DNA of 64,000 nt from an uncultured archaeon (GTDB taxonomy: Archaea; Micrarchaeota; Micrarchaeia; Anstonellales; Bilamarchaeaceae): positions 49,740 through 113,739 of the forward strand of contig CAVTHI010000006.1 in assembly GCA_963734525.1 (NCBI GenBank), given 5' to 3'. A program made the position numbers and the translations under genes. Below the pieces are notes generated by a model that was not told where the DNA came from, made no database searches, and was given only the letters and a program-made list of their open reading frames with translations. Every line of letters starts with the position of its first letter. The first letter of the stretch is position 1. Shown here one piece after another: positions 29,890 through 40,249 of this stretch.

Positions 29890-30198
29890 ATGGGTGGAAA
29901 AATGAAAGACACTGAAGTCAAATTGGATGATGAGGGGTTTGAGGAGATTACGTCCGAACCGAAACCCGAACCGGGGGGCGGGTCGCCCGGTGCGGGGGGC
30001 AGTGCGCCGGGAGCCAGCGGCTCGGGCGCCAACAGGCCGGATTTGCGCGTGGTGCAGACCGACCGCGACAAGGACGGGAATGTAGTTTACGCGAACGTGG
30101 GGGGCATGTGGAAGAACGTCTCCAAGAACGGGAACGTGTTCTACACGCTCCGGATAGGGCAGCTGAAGCTGCTGGTCTTCCCCAATGACAGGAAATGA
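29890..30198 (+). CDS. DUF736-like small protein (possible ssDNA-binding)
   Basis: RPDLRVV...VGGMWKNVSKNG..FYTL resembles the DUF736 PDYRV..GAAW..SK.G..Y pattern; acidic/Gly N-terminal tail. Confidence 0.55.
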   Translation: MGGKMKDTEVKLDDEGFEEITSEPKPEPGGGSPGAGGSAPGASGSGANRPDLRVVQTDRDKDGNVVYANVGGMWKNVSKNGNVFYTLRIGQLKLLVFPNDRK

Positions 30199-30343
30199 TT
30201 TTCTTGGAGCAGGGCGGGGATTCGCGCTTGATGAAATGGACGGCTGCCGATGCGAGCAGGAGCAGGCCGGAGTCCGCATCGGCGTTCCGAAATGCATGAG
30301 GAAAAAGAAGACAGAAGAATGAGAAGTTGGGCAGGCGATATAT

Positions 30344-31315
30344 ATGGCAGAAGACAAGGAGAAGGACAAGAAAAAGAAGTATTACAAGGACCTGGAAGAC
30401 CTTCCGGGGATAGGCGAAGTGACGGCTGAGAAGCTTCGGGCCGCGGGATTGGGCGAGTTTGCCGCGCTAGCCACCGCGAATCCGCACGAATTGGCGGAAG
30501 CCGGCGGGATGGGCGTCGAATCGGCCAAGAAGGCGATTGAGGCCGCAAAGAGCATGGTGGAGATAGGCTTCGAGACTGCCGATGTCGTCTATGAGAGGCG
30601 CAAAAATATCGTGAGAATCAAGACCGGCTCGCAGGCGCTTGATGACCTCCTGGGGGGCGGCGTCGAGACCATGGCGATAACCGAGATGTACGGGAAGTTC
30701 TCGAGCGGAAAGAGCCAGCTCGGGTTCCAGCTCGTCGTGAACGTCCAGAGGCCGGTGGAGCAGGGCGGACTCGGGGGAAGCGTTCTTTTCGTTGATTCTG
30801 AAGCCACCTTCAGGCCGGACAGGATAGCGCAGCTGGCAGAGGCGCAGGGCATGGACCCGCAGGCAGTGCTGAAGGGCATCCATGTCGCAAGGGCTGAAAA
30901 CAGCGACCACCAGATAATCCTGCTCGAGAAATCCGAGGAGACGATAGAGAAGAACAACATCAAGCTCATCGTCATTGACTCCCTCACCTCGCATTTCAGG
31001 TCGGACTATATCGGACGAGGGGCTCTGAGCGAGAGGCAGCAGAAATTGAACAAGCATGTCCATATGCTCCAGAAGCTGGCCGAGAAGTACAACCTCGCGG
31101 TCTACGTGACCAACCAGGTCATGGACAACCCGGGAATCCTTTTCGGCGACCCCACCACGCCTATCGGCGGCCACGTGCTCGCGCACATGTCGACCTACCG
31201 CCTCTATGTGAGGAAGAGCAAGGACGACAAGAGGATTGCGAGGCTCGTTGACTCCCCGAACATGCCCGAAGGCGAGGCCGTCTTCAGGGTGACGCCGGGC
31301 GGGCTCACGGACTGA
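30344..31315 (+). CDS. radA: DNA repair and recombination protein RadA
   Basis: HhH LEDLPGIG, GKFSSGKSQ Walker A, IDSLTSHFRSDY.GRG.L.ERQQ, TNQV, ARLVDSP. Confidence 0.96.
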   Translation: MAEDKEKDKKKKYYKDLEDLPGIGEVTAEKLRAAGLGEFAALATANPHELAEAGGMGVESAKKAIEAAKSMVEIGFETADVVYERRKNIVRIKTGSQALDDLLGGGVETMAITEMYGKFSSGKSQLGFQLVVNVQRPVEQGGLGGSVLFVDSEATFRPDRIAQLAEAQGMDPQAVLKGIHVARAENSDHQIILLEKSEETIEKNNIKLIVIDSLTSHFRSDYIGRGALSERQQKLNKHVHMLQKLAEKYNLAVYVTNQVMDNPGILFGDPTTPIGGHVLAHMSTYRLYVRKSKDDKRIARLVDSPNMPEGEAVFRVTPGGLTD

Positions 31316-31317
31316 GA

Positions 31318-31400
31318 TTTTTTCCTTTGCCTTTTTTTCCTTATTTATTTTTCGATTTTCGAAATAATTTTTTCTTTTGCTTTTTTTTTGATTTCGCTGA
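31318..31400 (+). terminator. oligo-T terminator tract after radA
   Basis: Multiple T5-T9 runs. Confidence 0.6.
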
Positions 31401-31549
31401 TTTATCTCGTATTTTCTTAGTTCCCATCTTCCCCAATTCCATTACGAATTACGACAATCGCCTCCAAAAACGCAGGAGGGCATAAAAAGCTTCCACCCAA
31501 GTTGGTTGCCTAATTATCACATTGAATCTTGATTGGGAGGCGAAGCCAT

Positions 31550-33115
31550 ATGGGAAACGGGGAGCATTTCAAGACGGAGAGATTCAGGAACCACGCGTCG
31601 AGGACATACGGGAGGATGGGGCTGACCACGCTTAGAAGGACCGGCCTCGAGGACGTCCTGCGCAAGGCGACGGAAAGGAACCTCGCCATCTTGGAGAACT
31701 CGATGGGCGCCGCCGAATTCCGCAGGTTCAGGGGCAAGTTCGGGCCCGAGGGCGTCTGGAGGGAAGTGAAGAAGCGCGGTCTTGCCGGAAACGGCTCCAA
31801 GGAGATTCTCGGCATGTCGCTCGGCAATCCGAGCGCGTATAGCGACTACCCCCCGAACAGGAGGGTGATAGACTGCAAGGCCCAGCTTGCCGCCGAGGAC
31901 GAGGCAATCGTCAGGGAAAGCGCGGGCTATACGAATTCGTTCGGCTACCCGCCGCTCCTTGAAAGGCTGAAAAGGATGAATTTCTCGAACCCGAGAAGCG
32001 CGCAAAACGACCCTGAGAAGTACAAGGACGTGCGCGTGTACGTGACCGCAGGCGGAAGCTATGCCGCAGAGCTCGCCATGGGCCCCGCGATACTTGCACC
32101 CGAGGACACTGCGGTCGTCCATGACTGGACGTACATAATCCACCTTGGCGCGGCCTACTACCGCGGCGCGCACATAGAAAGCTACGAGTGCCGCGACGAC
32201 GGGAGGCCGGACGGGGAGAGCCTGAGGCGCATACTGTCCGGCGACCACCGGACCGACCACCAGGTGCAGGCGGTCGTTTTCACCCCGATAGGGAATCCGG
32301 TCGGGGCCGCGATGACGCAGGCGGATATCCTCGAGCACATGAACATGGTCGGGGATGCAGGCCTGAAGGCTGGGAGGCCCATCCTGGCGATTGTGGATGT
32401 CGCCTATGAAGCGTTCAGGAGGGACGGGAAGCCGCTCGACCCCATCCAAATCGCGATTGAGCACAAGGTCAGGGCGCCAATCGCCGTCCTTGACACTTCT
32501 TCGAAGGGATACGGGACGTGCGGGTGGAGGCTGGGGAAGCTGGCCATCTACTGGCCAGAGGACTTCTTCCCGGACCACCGGGCGGATTATTTCAAGGCCA
32601 TAGAGAACAAGCTCCTGCCCACGCTCGGCGTCGTCGGACTTCCGCTCCAGATGGCATACAACAATTTCTTCGAGAAGCTGGAGGCCGACCCCGCGCTCAT
32701 GGAGGAAACGGTCGCGTTCTTCAACAGGAGGCGCGAGCTCGTGAATGCGAACCTTGTGCGCGTCGCTGAGGCCCTCAGCGGATTGAAAGGCGTCTACCTG
32801 GCGAAATACTACGACCATGCGGGGAGGAACGGGGGCATCGAGCCCGACACGCTCTCGTCGTTCTACCTGCTTTTCGGGTTCACGAGGCTGAGCGAGCGCT
32901 ATGGCAGCGGGTTCAACCAGGCCGTCGCATTCGGCGAATTCGCCCTGGACACGCCGGGAGTGCCGGTCGTGAACTGCGTCCCCGGCCAGTCCTTCCTGCC
33001 TGAAAAGCGGTGGTCGCAGCACCCCGGCCTGATTCGCGTGACCGGGCTGACGAACTCTGAGGAGACGGAAACGTTCGTCAAGTCTGTCGAGGCGTTCGCG
33101 CGCGATTTGGGCTGA
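31550..33115 (+). CDS. PLP-dependent aminotransferase class I/II with N-terminal extension
   Basis: SLGNP, GNPVG, VDVAYE, DTSSKGYGTCGWRLG. Confidence 0.85.
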   Translation: MGNGEHFKTERFRNHASRTYGRMGLTTLRRTGLEDVLRKATERNLAILENSMGAAEFRRFRGKFGPEGVWREVKKRGLAGNGSKEILGMSLGNPSAYSDYPPNRRVIDCKAQLAAEDEAIVRESAGYTNSFGYPPLLERLKRMNFSNPRSAQNDPEKYKDVRVYVTAGGSYAAELAMGPAILAPEDTAVVHDWTYIIHLGAAYYRGAHIESYECRDDGRPDGESLRRILSGDHRTDHQVQAVVFTPIGNPVGAAMTQADILEHMNMVGDAGLKAGRPILAIVDVAYEAFRRDGKPLDPIQIAIEHKVRAPIAVLDTSSKGYGTCGWRLGKLAIYWPEDFFPDHRADYFKAIENKLLPTLGVVGLPLQMAYNNFFEKLEADPALMEETVAFFNRRRELVNANLVRVAEALSGLKGVYLAKYYDHAGRNGGIEPDTLSSFYLLFGFTRLSERYGSGFNQAVAFGEFALDTPGVPVVNCVPGQSFLPEKRWSQHPGLIRVTGLTNSEETETFVKSVEAFARDLG

Positions 33116-33171
33116 ATGATAGCTTGGCGCCGTATCATCGTTTTTAATTTTCTTTCCATCCTTTTCCCAGC

Positions 33172-33879
33172 GTGAACTGGGATACCATAGCAGGGGACAT
33201 CGGGGGATTCAGATGGCAGCGGCTCCCTCCTTCGGCCCAGATGCTCCTGGCCAGCAACGCCCTCACGATAATAGTCGCAATCTTTTTCGGTCTCGACCCG
33301 GCTGAAATGATATGGGTGTACTGGCTCGAAAGCGTGGTCATCGGCGTTTACACGGTCCTCACGTTCATCACGATGGGGTTGCACTTCAAAGCCGGTGAGA
33401 AAAAAACCGGGAAGGCCGGCTCGCCCGCAGGAGCATACGGATACGCGATTTTCTTCTGCATCCATTACGGCATGTTCCACGGGGCGTACGCACTTTTCCT
33501 GTCCGTGATGCCGTGGTTCAACATCCAGAATCCCGATTATGCAGGCATGGGAATAACCGCCGCAATCCTCGCGCTGAGCCATGGATACTCCTTCTGGAAG
33601 AACGTGCTCGGCAACCCGGCGGGTCTGGTCATTACGCAGGAAAACGTGACGCGGGTGATGAACGCCCCGTATCCGCGCATCATACCGATGCACCTGACGA
33701 TTATCTTCTCGGGCTTCCTCATGATTCCTCTTGGAATCCTTGAGGCTGTCGCCGAGCTTATATGGTCCGGGCCAGGGCTCGTTGCGGCGGATTGGGTCAT
33801 TAAGATGGCCGTGCTTGTGCTCTTTATGGGAATCAAGACCGCCGCCGACCTGTACACCCACATCAACCGCTACCAATAG
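33172..33879 (+). CDS. DUF6498-like membrane protein
   Basis: VYWLESVVIG, FFCIHYGMF, PYPRIIPMHLTII. Confidence 0.7.
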   Translation: MNWDTIAGDIGGFRWQRLPPSAQMLLASNALTIIVAIFFGLDPAEMIWVYWLESVVIGVYTVLTFITMGLHFKAGEKKTGKAGSPAGAYGYAIFFCIHYGMFHGAYALFLSVMPWFNIQNPDYAGMGITAAILALSHGYSFWKNVLGNPAGLVITQENVTRVMNAPYPRIIPMHLTIIFSGFLMIPLGILEAVAELIWSGPGLVAADWVIKMAVLVLFMGIKTAADLYTHINRYQ

Positions 33880-33919
33880 CCTTATTACGTTCGCAGAAGA
33901 GGACGATAGCGGTGTCCCT

Positions 33920-34226
33920 ATGGGCATTATCAGCGAATTCAAGGAGTTTCTGAACTGAATACAAGGTTATTGGGCTGGCAATCGCGTTCATCATGGGCGC
34001 CGCGGCAACGGATTTGGTCAAGTCGCTCGTCAGCAACATAATCATGCCGCTCATCGCCCCGCTGATGCCGGCCGGAGACTGGCAGATAACCGCGGTAGAT
34101 GTGGGCCCGTTCAAGCTCCTTCTCGGCGCGTTCCTCGCTTCGCTCATCAACTTCGTCATCATCGCGTTCGTAATCTTCCTGATGGCGAAATTCATCCTGA
34201 AGGAGGAGAAGGTCACGAAGAAGTGA
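33920..34226 (+). CDS. mscL: large-conductance mechanosensitive channel, frameshifted near 33955
   Basis: MGIISEFKEFL joined to YKVIGLAIAFIMGAA..LVKSLVSNIIMP..GAFLASLINFVIIAFVIF. Confidence 0.88.
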
Positions 34227-34307
34227 CCTTTCAATGATTATCCCTTTTTACTTCCTTTTTTGTGGTGTTAGAAAGTGTTTTAAACAGTATTAAACACATA
34301 CTGACGT

Positions 34308-35003
34308 ATGACGCTCAGGACGACTGCGAGGAATCTCGCTTTTTCAGGCATGGTCGCAGGCGCGCTCTACGGCTGCGCCACGACGCAGGCGACAACGCAG
34401 GCCGCAAGGCCGGCCGCTTCGGCTTCCGCCGCTCCGGCAAGGGTGGAAACCCCCACGGAGAGGTGCCAGAGGACGCAGAGGACCAGGGTGCAGAACTGCA
34501 TCATCGAGAGCATAGCGACCTCCTGCCGGGAAGGCAACGCCGGCAACGAAGACGGCTTCTATTCATGCATATCGGAAAGACTGGTGATTCCGCATCCGGA
34601 AACCCCCGGCGAGGCCAGGCAATACAGCGTAACCGTGTCTTTCGGCGATGAAGTCATGTCGGTGAGGGCCGGCAGGGCGGTCGTCATGGAAGTTGGGCGG
34701 CTCGAAGTCGCGCAGATTGACGAGAGGGGCGTGGCTTTCGTTTACGAGACCGAAAGGATTGCCACCGCCGCGCCGACCGAAAGGACGCAGGTCGTCCTTG
34801 TCACGGTCAGGTACAATTTCGACGGGACTTCCGAGGGCGAAACGTCCCAGCTCAGCGGCCTGCCTGTGTGGCATCTGGCCGTTCAGGCGACTGGGGACGG
34901 CCGGGCGACGGCGAGCTTCGAGACGAACGACCCTGCGGTCCTTGTACGGACTTCTGGTTCTGCTTCGATAACGTCTGAAGGCCCGGAGCAGAAAAAGAAG
35001 TGA
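34308..35003 (+). CDS. putative lipoprotein
   Basis: GALYGC lipobox, Ala/Thr linker, four-Cys subdomain. Confidence 0.65.
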   Translation: MTLRTTARNLAFSGMVAGALYGCATTQATTQAARPAASASAAPARVETPTERCQRTQRTRVQNCIIESIATSCREGNAGNEDGFYSCISERLVIPHPETPGEARQYSVTVSFGDEVMSVRAGRAVVMEVGRLEVAQIDERGVAFVYETERIATAAPTERTQVVLVTVRYNFDGTSEGETSQLSGLPVWHLAVQATGDGRATASFETNDPAVLVRTSGSASITSEGPEQKKK

Positions 35004-38000
35004 GCCGCCTCGGTTCCTTCTTCTCTTTCGGATTTCTCACCATATAGATTCCGATTCCTGCAAGCAAGGCGATGCCGGTGACGCTGAGTATCAGCAACCC
35101 GCTGCCTTCAGGCTCTTCAATCGAGTCCAGCTCTTTTGTCAGGGCGCTTTGTGCCCGCAAAGCATTGACGTAGTCCCCGGCTTCGGCCATTTTTCGGATG
35201 GAATCCAGCTTGGCCCCGAGTTCAGCTTTTTTCTCCTGGACGATATTCCGGGAAGCGATAATCGATTCGAGCATGGACATGCGAGCTTCGCTTTCATTTT
35301 TCAGGGATTCCAGCGCGGATTCCATCCTTATGCGGCTTCTGTTGAGTTCACCCAGCCTCGACTGGAAAATCCTGGGGTCGGAGTCTATCGAATCTTCGGC
35401 TTCTGCGGCCAGTGAATTCACTTTCTTCTCGCTCTCTACGAACAGGCTGCTGTAATCCGTCCCCTTTGCTGCGGAGGCTTGGCGCAAATAGCGCTCGAGC
35501 GAATCGAGGGTGTCCCTTTTGATGCCGTCGAAAAGGGCGCGCATGCCCGATTTTTTCGTTTCTGATGACGCTTCCTGCCCGTTCACGACGCGTTCGGCAG
35601 AATCGAGCTGTTGGATTGCATCGACACCGTATTCAAGGCGTGCCCCTGTTTCGAGCCGGCGGTATGAATCTTCGAAAGAAAGGAATTCGACGGGCGTTGT
35701 GGTGTTGCCCGAGGCATAGAAGCGCTCACGGATGCCGTTATACCGCGAAAAAAGGTCCTTCTTCAGGGACGCAATTTCTTTTTCGAGCCACTTCCCGTCG
35801 ATTTTCTGAAGAGTTTCCATCCTGCCGGACAGGTCGCTTGCATTGGATTCGGCAAGTGCCCTCTCAAGCTCGTTTTTCCTGGAAACGAGTTTTAGCATGA
35901 AAGGCGATGTAGAATTCACGCCCTCCAAAGCCGATTGGACATCGGCAAGCTCCCCGCGAAGCGTTTTTTCTACTGAATCGCATTGGGATTGCAGCTTGGA
36001 TTTGGCTTTTTCCTCTTCCTTAGCCGTGGATACCGCCCGCTCTATCAATGCCAGCGCTTCGGTTGCGTTGCCCATCGCGGCCTGGGATTTCGCCTGCTGC
36101 ACCATATCATTTGCCGAGGGCCCGAGGTCCAGGCCTTCGATTGACGACAGCCTTTCTTTCACGAATGATTCCGTGTCTTCAACCTGGTAATGGGCTTTGA
36201 GCACCACTTCCTGGTTTTTTCTCAACCCTGATACGAGCACGGAATATCCGGTATCGGATATCCGGGCCTTTTCTTTCACGGATTCTCCGGTGGCGCTTGT
36301 GACGTCGAACGATGAAATCCTGGAGTCGTTTATGCTTGTGATATACACCCTTGCGCCGTCCATATCGATTGCAGGCATCAGCCGGATGTCGTATTCCACG
36401 CGTGCGTTCGTGCCGATGCGGTATGCCTTGATGTTTTCCACGTTCTCCGCGTATGCATCCTCCATGATCCGGTCCGAGGCGAGGCTGTGCTTTCCGGGGG
36501 ATATCGTCCCTTCAGATGCGGCTCCGTCAAGCATGGCCAGCTCCATGCCTGCAGGGATGCTTAGCCCGGATGCGCTGCACTCCAGGGTAAAATCAACCTG
36601 CTCCTGCACCCTTGCCCTGCCGTTGCCCAACCCTTCGGCGTGAACCGTCCGCTTTAGCGAATGCGCGATTATGCTTTTTTTCACGAAAGTGATGCGTTTG
36701 GTCTCGTAAGGGGCTACTGAGGAGAGTATAACCGATATCGTTTTCCCCCCTTCCAGGGAGCGGATGCTTTCCACCCCCTCCTGGCCCCGCACGATGTCGC
36801 TGAAGAGAAAATCGAATGGCTCGTCCATCCGTATCTGGGCATTGACGTGAGATGCATTGTAGGGCCGCGGATTTGCCATGACGACGTCGAGGAGCATATC
36901 CGACGGCTCGTCCAGTCTGGCTAATGGGACGAACGGATTGGCGGATACCGACATGGCGTTGCCAACGGTATCGGAGGCGTATTCCTCCAGCACGGCTTCC
37001 AGGTTGGCATAATCCGAATCGAGCTGTTTCAGGCTGCCGATTGAATCCGGGAGAACGAGGACGCCATCAACAACCAGGCCTTCTTCACACCTGGCCAGGT
37101 CCGTATTAAGGTCCGCAGCGGCCGGCCCGGCCAGGGAGATTTTATCTGATATCAGCAATCTCCGTTCCAGAAGGCGGCTTTCATATTTTGCGCGCGCTTT
37201 GGCTACGATGCCGTCAACCGAGGATTGCACCGCGCCGGCAACCTCCGACGGCGGAAGCATGGCCAGCAATCCGAGGTTCTCCTTTTCGCTAACTACGTTT
37301 ATCTCGTCTTTTTCCGCTCTTTCAATCAACGATTTCAACGACGCGGCAGGTGCCACGGCGCTATTTTCTGAAGCGTAAGATTCGGCATTGCGCGCTGCCC
37401 GCGCCAGGGAGGCCGCCTTCAGGTAACGCTCGAATCCCGAGCCAAGAGTCCGCGCGGATTCCGCGGATTGAAAGCTGGCTTTCGCATCATCGAGCAAATT
37501 CGCGGCTTCATCGCCGGGCGGTGCGGATTTGAACGCCCGCTCTGTAGCGGCTATCTCAGATAGCGCTTCCTCCTGCTGTTCGTCCACGGTATCGCGGGCG
37601 TCGGATAACAGGGATTCCGCCCCATCGGCCATATCACTGAACCCCTCCCCGGACGATTCCGCCAGGGAAACCGATTTCGCCAGATACCCGGGTTCCGTGG
37701 TTCGGGAGTACTGGAGCCTGGATTCCGAAAGCAGTGCGTCAAGCCGGCTCTTTTCCCCAATCAGGCCGGAATACCGTTCGGAGATGGAGCCGGCACTACC
37801 GGAATCGAATCCGGATGGCCCGCGGGAGATTTTGCGGGCTTCTTCGGCTTCAAGGGCTTTCATCCGCGACTCTGCGAGCGTTTTTCTAATCGCCGCTTCG
37901 GATGCCGTTTCGGAACGGTATTTTTCCGCGAGCAGGGATGCGGATTGGGCCGATGAACCGAGGTTCCTGAATGATTTGACGACCCCCTCGTCCCCCCATA

Positions 38001-38694
38001 CAAGGCCCAGAATCACCGGGGACTTCCCCAAATCAGGTGTATCTTTTGACAGTCCGGCTTCGAGCTCGCCGGAGTATTGCTGAACCAGCGCGAATTTCCC
38101 GTAATCGCCTTCGGCGACACCCCCATCGACGCTTTGGAATGCGCTTTCCATGACAGAACAGTTTTCGCTTCCGGGGCCCGTGTAATCGTCGCTGCAAAGG
38201 CCGAGGTATTCCATGCGTTCATAATCCACCCTTGCTTCAGCCACTGCTTTTTCAGATGCATCGATGCTGTCTTCGACGGCGAGCAAATCCGAATCGACTG
38301 AACGTCTCCAGTCGGATGAATACGTCATGCAGGCGGATGAGTCTGAGAATATTGCCATGAATGCCACGGAAGGGAATGCCGGGAGGAAACCAAGCGCCAG
38401 TAAAAGGTCCGCATGGCAGCGGCCCATGTTAATGCCCGCTTCATCCGAGTACTCTTTGGCCTCGGACAGGTAGCTGGCTCCGGGCTCCTCTATAGGAATC
38501 CGGGAAGCGGCCGGATAATCCGCGCTGTCCAGCGTCTTTTGGAATTCCCCCAGGTTCCACCAGTACGCCTTCCCGAATGTCCAGATGTTAGGGTTTGCCT
38601 CGACCCAGGATTCGTCTTCCCACGGGCGGGAGAATTCCGCCATAGATATCGGTACGAGGAGCGCCAGGGCCAGGAATATTGAAAACTTGCACAT
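34852..38694 (-). CDS. large secreted, C-terminally membrane-anchored coiled-coil/beta-sandwich protein (~1280 aa)
   Basis: Signal peptide MCKFSIFLALALLVPISMA; helical regions flanking a beta-rich core; C-terminal TM LLILSVTGIALLAGIGIYMV followed by a basic tail. Confidence 0.8.
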   Translation of the reverse strand: MCKFSIFLALALLVPISMAEFSRPWEDESWVEANPNIWTFGKAYWWNLGEFQKTLDSADYPAASRIPIEEPGASYLSEAKEYSDEAGINMGRCHADLLLALGFLPAFPSVAFMAIFSDSSACMTYSSDWRRSVDSDLLAVEDSIDASEKAVAEARVDYERMEYLGLCSDDYTGPGSENCSVMESAFQSVDGGVAEGDYGKFALVQQYSGELEAGLSKDTPDLGKSPVILGLVWGDEGVVKSFRNLGSSAQSASLLAEKYRSETASEAAIRKTLAESRMKALEAEEARKISRGPSGFDSGSAGSISERYSGLIGEKSRLDALLSESRLQYSRTTEPGYLAKSVSLAESSGEGFSDMADGAESLLSDARDTVDEQQEEALSEIAATERAFKSAPPGDEAANLLDDAKASFQSAESARTLGSGFERYLKAASLARAARNAESYASENSAVAPAASLKSLIERAEKDEINVVSEKENLGLLAMLPPSEVAGAVQSSVDGIVAKARAKYESRLLERRLLISDKISLAGPAAADLNTDLARCEEGLVVDGVLVLPDSIGSLKQLDSDYANLEAVLEEYASDTVGNAMSVSANPFVPLARLDEPSDMLLDVVMANPRPYNASHVNAQIRMDEPFDFLFSDIVRGQEGVESIRSLEGGKTISVILSSVAPYETKRITFVKKSIIAHSLKRTVHAEGLGNGRARVQEQVDFTLECSASGLSIPAGMELAMLDGAASEGTISPGKHSLASDRIMEDAYAENVENIKAYRIGTNARVEYDIRLMPAIDMDGARVYITSINDSRISSFDVTSATGESVKEKARISDTGYSVLVSGLRKNQEVVLKAHYQVEDTESFVKERLSSIEGLDLGPSANDMVQQAKSQAAMGNATEALALIERAVSTAKEEEKAKSKLQSQCDSVEKTLRGELADVQSALEGVNSTSPFMLKLVSRKNELERALAESNASDLSGRMETLQKIDGKWLEKEIASLKKDLFSRYNGIRERFYASGNTTTPVEFLSFEDSYRRLETGARLEYGVDAIQQLDSAERVVNGQEASSETKKSGMRALFDGIKRDTLDSLERYLRQASAAKGTDYSSLFVESEKKVNSLAAEAEDSIDSDPRIFQSRLGELNRSRIRMESALESLKNESEARMSMLESIIASRNIVQEKKAELGAKLDSIRKMAEAGDYVNALRAQSALTKELDSIEEPEGSGLLILSVTGIALLAGIGIYMVRNPKEKKEPRRLTSFSAPGLQTLSKQNQKSVQGPQGRSSRSSPSPGRPQSPERPDATQAGR

Positions 38695-38854
38695 ATGATC
38701 CCTGTTGAGAGGGGGGTTTTTGGCGGTATTAATATTTTTCCGGATAGGATAATGGCGCAGGCACAATATTCCAGGAAAATAATGTGGGCATCGAATCCGG
38801 TGGGTCCAAATGGCCGTGCAAAGCGTTTAAACCCTGCCCGGAGATAAGAAAAAC

Positions 38855-39430
38855 ATGAGAGCGGCCATTGCGATTTCCATCCTATTCGTAATCATCACCG
38901 CGGCGATGCTGGGCTGCACTAACAGGCAGGATGCCGCGGGCTCTGGCGCAACGGGGCCGCAGAACCCGGAGCCGCAGGCGCAGGCCAATGAATCCGCGCC
39001 CCCCGAATCTGAACCGTCGCCCCTTCCCGACACGTCGAACCTCTCGTTCACGCGCAATGTCAGCGACGTGGTCAACACCGATACGGAATTTTTCAAAAGG
39101 CCCGAATTCGATTTCTCGGAAATCACGAACGGGAGCGGCGCCCTAATCGTCTATTATTTCTATGCCCCGTACTGCTCGGCATGCAAGGCGCTGGCGCCCG
39201 AAGTCGAGAGGCTCGAATCGGACCACCCCGAGGTCGAATGGAGGAAATACGACATCACGAGCCAGAACGGCACATACGCCTACCAGGATTTCGCCAACCA
39301 GACCGGCTTGAACCAGAGCCAGAGGATGGTTCCGCAGGCCCTCGTGAACGGCACGGTAATCACGGACAGGTTCAACATAAACAGGACGCTCGGGGGGATA
39401 ATCTCCTCGTTCAGCGCAGGCCCATCCTGA
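38855..39430 (+). CDS. thioredoxin-fold lipoprotein
   Basis: MLGC lipobox; YFYAPYCSACK; MVP cis-Pro loop. Confidence 0.82.
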   Translation: MRAAIAISILFVIITAAMLGCTNRQDAAGSGATGPQNPEPQAQANESAPPESEPSPLPDTSNLSFTRNVSDVVNTDTEFFKRPEFDFSEITNGSGALIVYYFYAPYCSACKALAPEVERLESDHPEVEWRKYDITSQNGTYAYQDFANQTGLNQSQRMVPQALVNGTVITDRFNINRTLGGIISSFSAGPS

Positions 39431-40196
39431 GCATGATGCGGCCGAGGCTTTTTTTCAGGACGCCGACCCTGGAGCTGTCGGCCTCGATGTCGTTCGAGGC
39501 GAATTTCAGGAAATAACCGAGCGCCTCGTCCCCTTTCGTGGAGCTGTTCCACATGCTTACGGCTTTCTGGTAGCGCCGCGACTCGTAAAACATGGCCTCA
39601 AGCGCTTCCGCTGACATCTTCGCGCGGTCGGCTTTCAATATGTTGTTGAAGGGGCATATGGCATCCTCCCGCAGATACGGAATACCGTCTCTCAGGGAAA
39701 ACGGATAGCCCAGGCATATGGCAGGCTTGGCCTTCTCGATTGCGCATTTCAGCGCTCCGGCCCCGGTGAAACAGCATCGGCCGTTTTCATGCCTGAGCGC
39801 CAGCTTGAAAAGCCCGCCGTTCAGCCTGATGGCGAAACAGTCGTTTTCTGCCGCAGGGACCAGGGCTATGAATTCCTCCATAGGCCTCCCTTCCAAGTGG
39901 AATATGCGGACTATGTCGAAGAGCGTCAGGTCTACACGCAAGCCGCAGCAGAAGGCGTTGCAGCCCAGGCACATGTTCGTGCTTTTCGGGGTTAAAGGCG
40001 GCGAGGGGGGTTGGGCGGGCGGAACCGGCTGTGGCGTGGCTCGTACAGGTGAAACGGAAGGCGGAGGGGCGGGTGGCAGGGCGCGGGGGGCGGCGCCAGG
40101 GGATTTGATTTTGACTCTTGTGCCGGAAACCGATCGAGGTGATTTCTGCCCGTTTTTCTTCGATGCCCGATGCCGCCTGCTTTTCGACACTGCCAT
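39411..40196 (-). CDS. YkgJ-family cysteine-cluster protein with Pro-rich N-terminus
   Basis: CLGCNAFCC, CAIEKAKPAICLGYPF. Confidence 0.75.
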   Translation of the reverse strand: MAVSKSRRHRASKKNGQKSPRSVSGTRVKIKSPGAAPRALPPAPPPSVSPVRATPQPVPPAQPPSPPLTPKSTNMCLGCNAFCCGLRVDLTLFDIVRIFHLEGRPMEEFIALVPAAENDCFAIRLNGGLFKLALRHENGRCCFTGAGALKCAIEKAKPAICLGYPFSLRDGIPYLREDAICPFNNILKADRAKMSAEALEAMFYESRRYQKAVSMWNSSTKGDEALGYFLKFASNDIEADSSRVGVLKKSLGRIMLRMGLR

Positions 40197-40249
40197 AAGG
40201 CGATATTTAAGCCAAAAGATATAATTGTTGGGCAGGAAGAGGGAAACCG

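Noticed and set aside
30225-30295. Possible second C/D sRNA upstream of radA (TTGATGA-12 nt-CCGA)
   Set aside because: No convincing C'/D pair or terminal stem, and the putative D' box is buried in a 9-bp hairpin (GCCGATGCG/CGCATCGGC).
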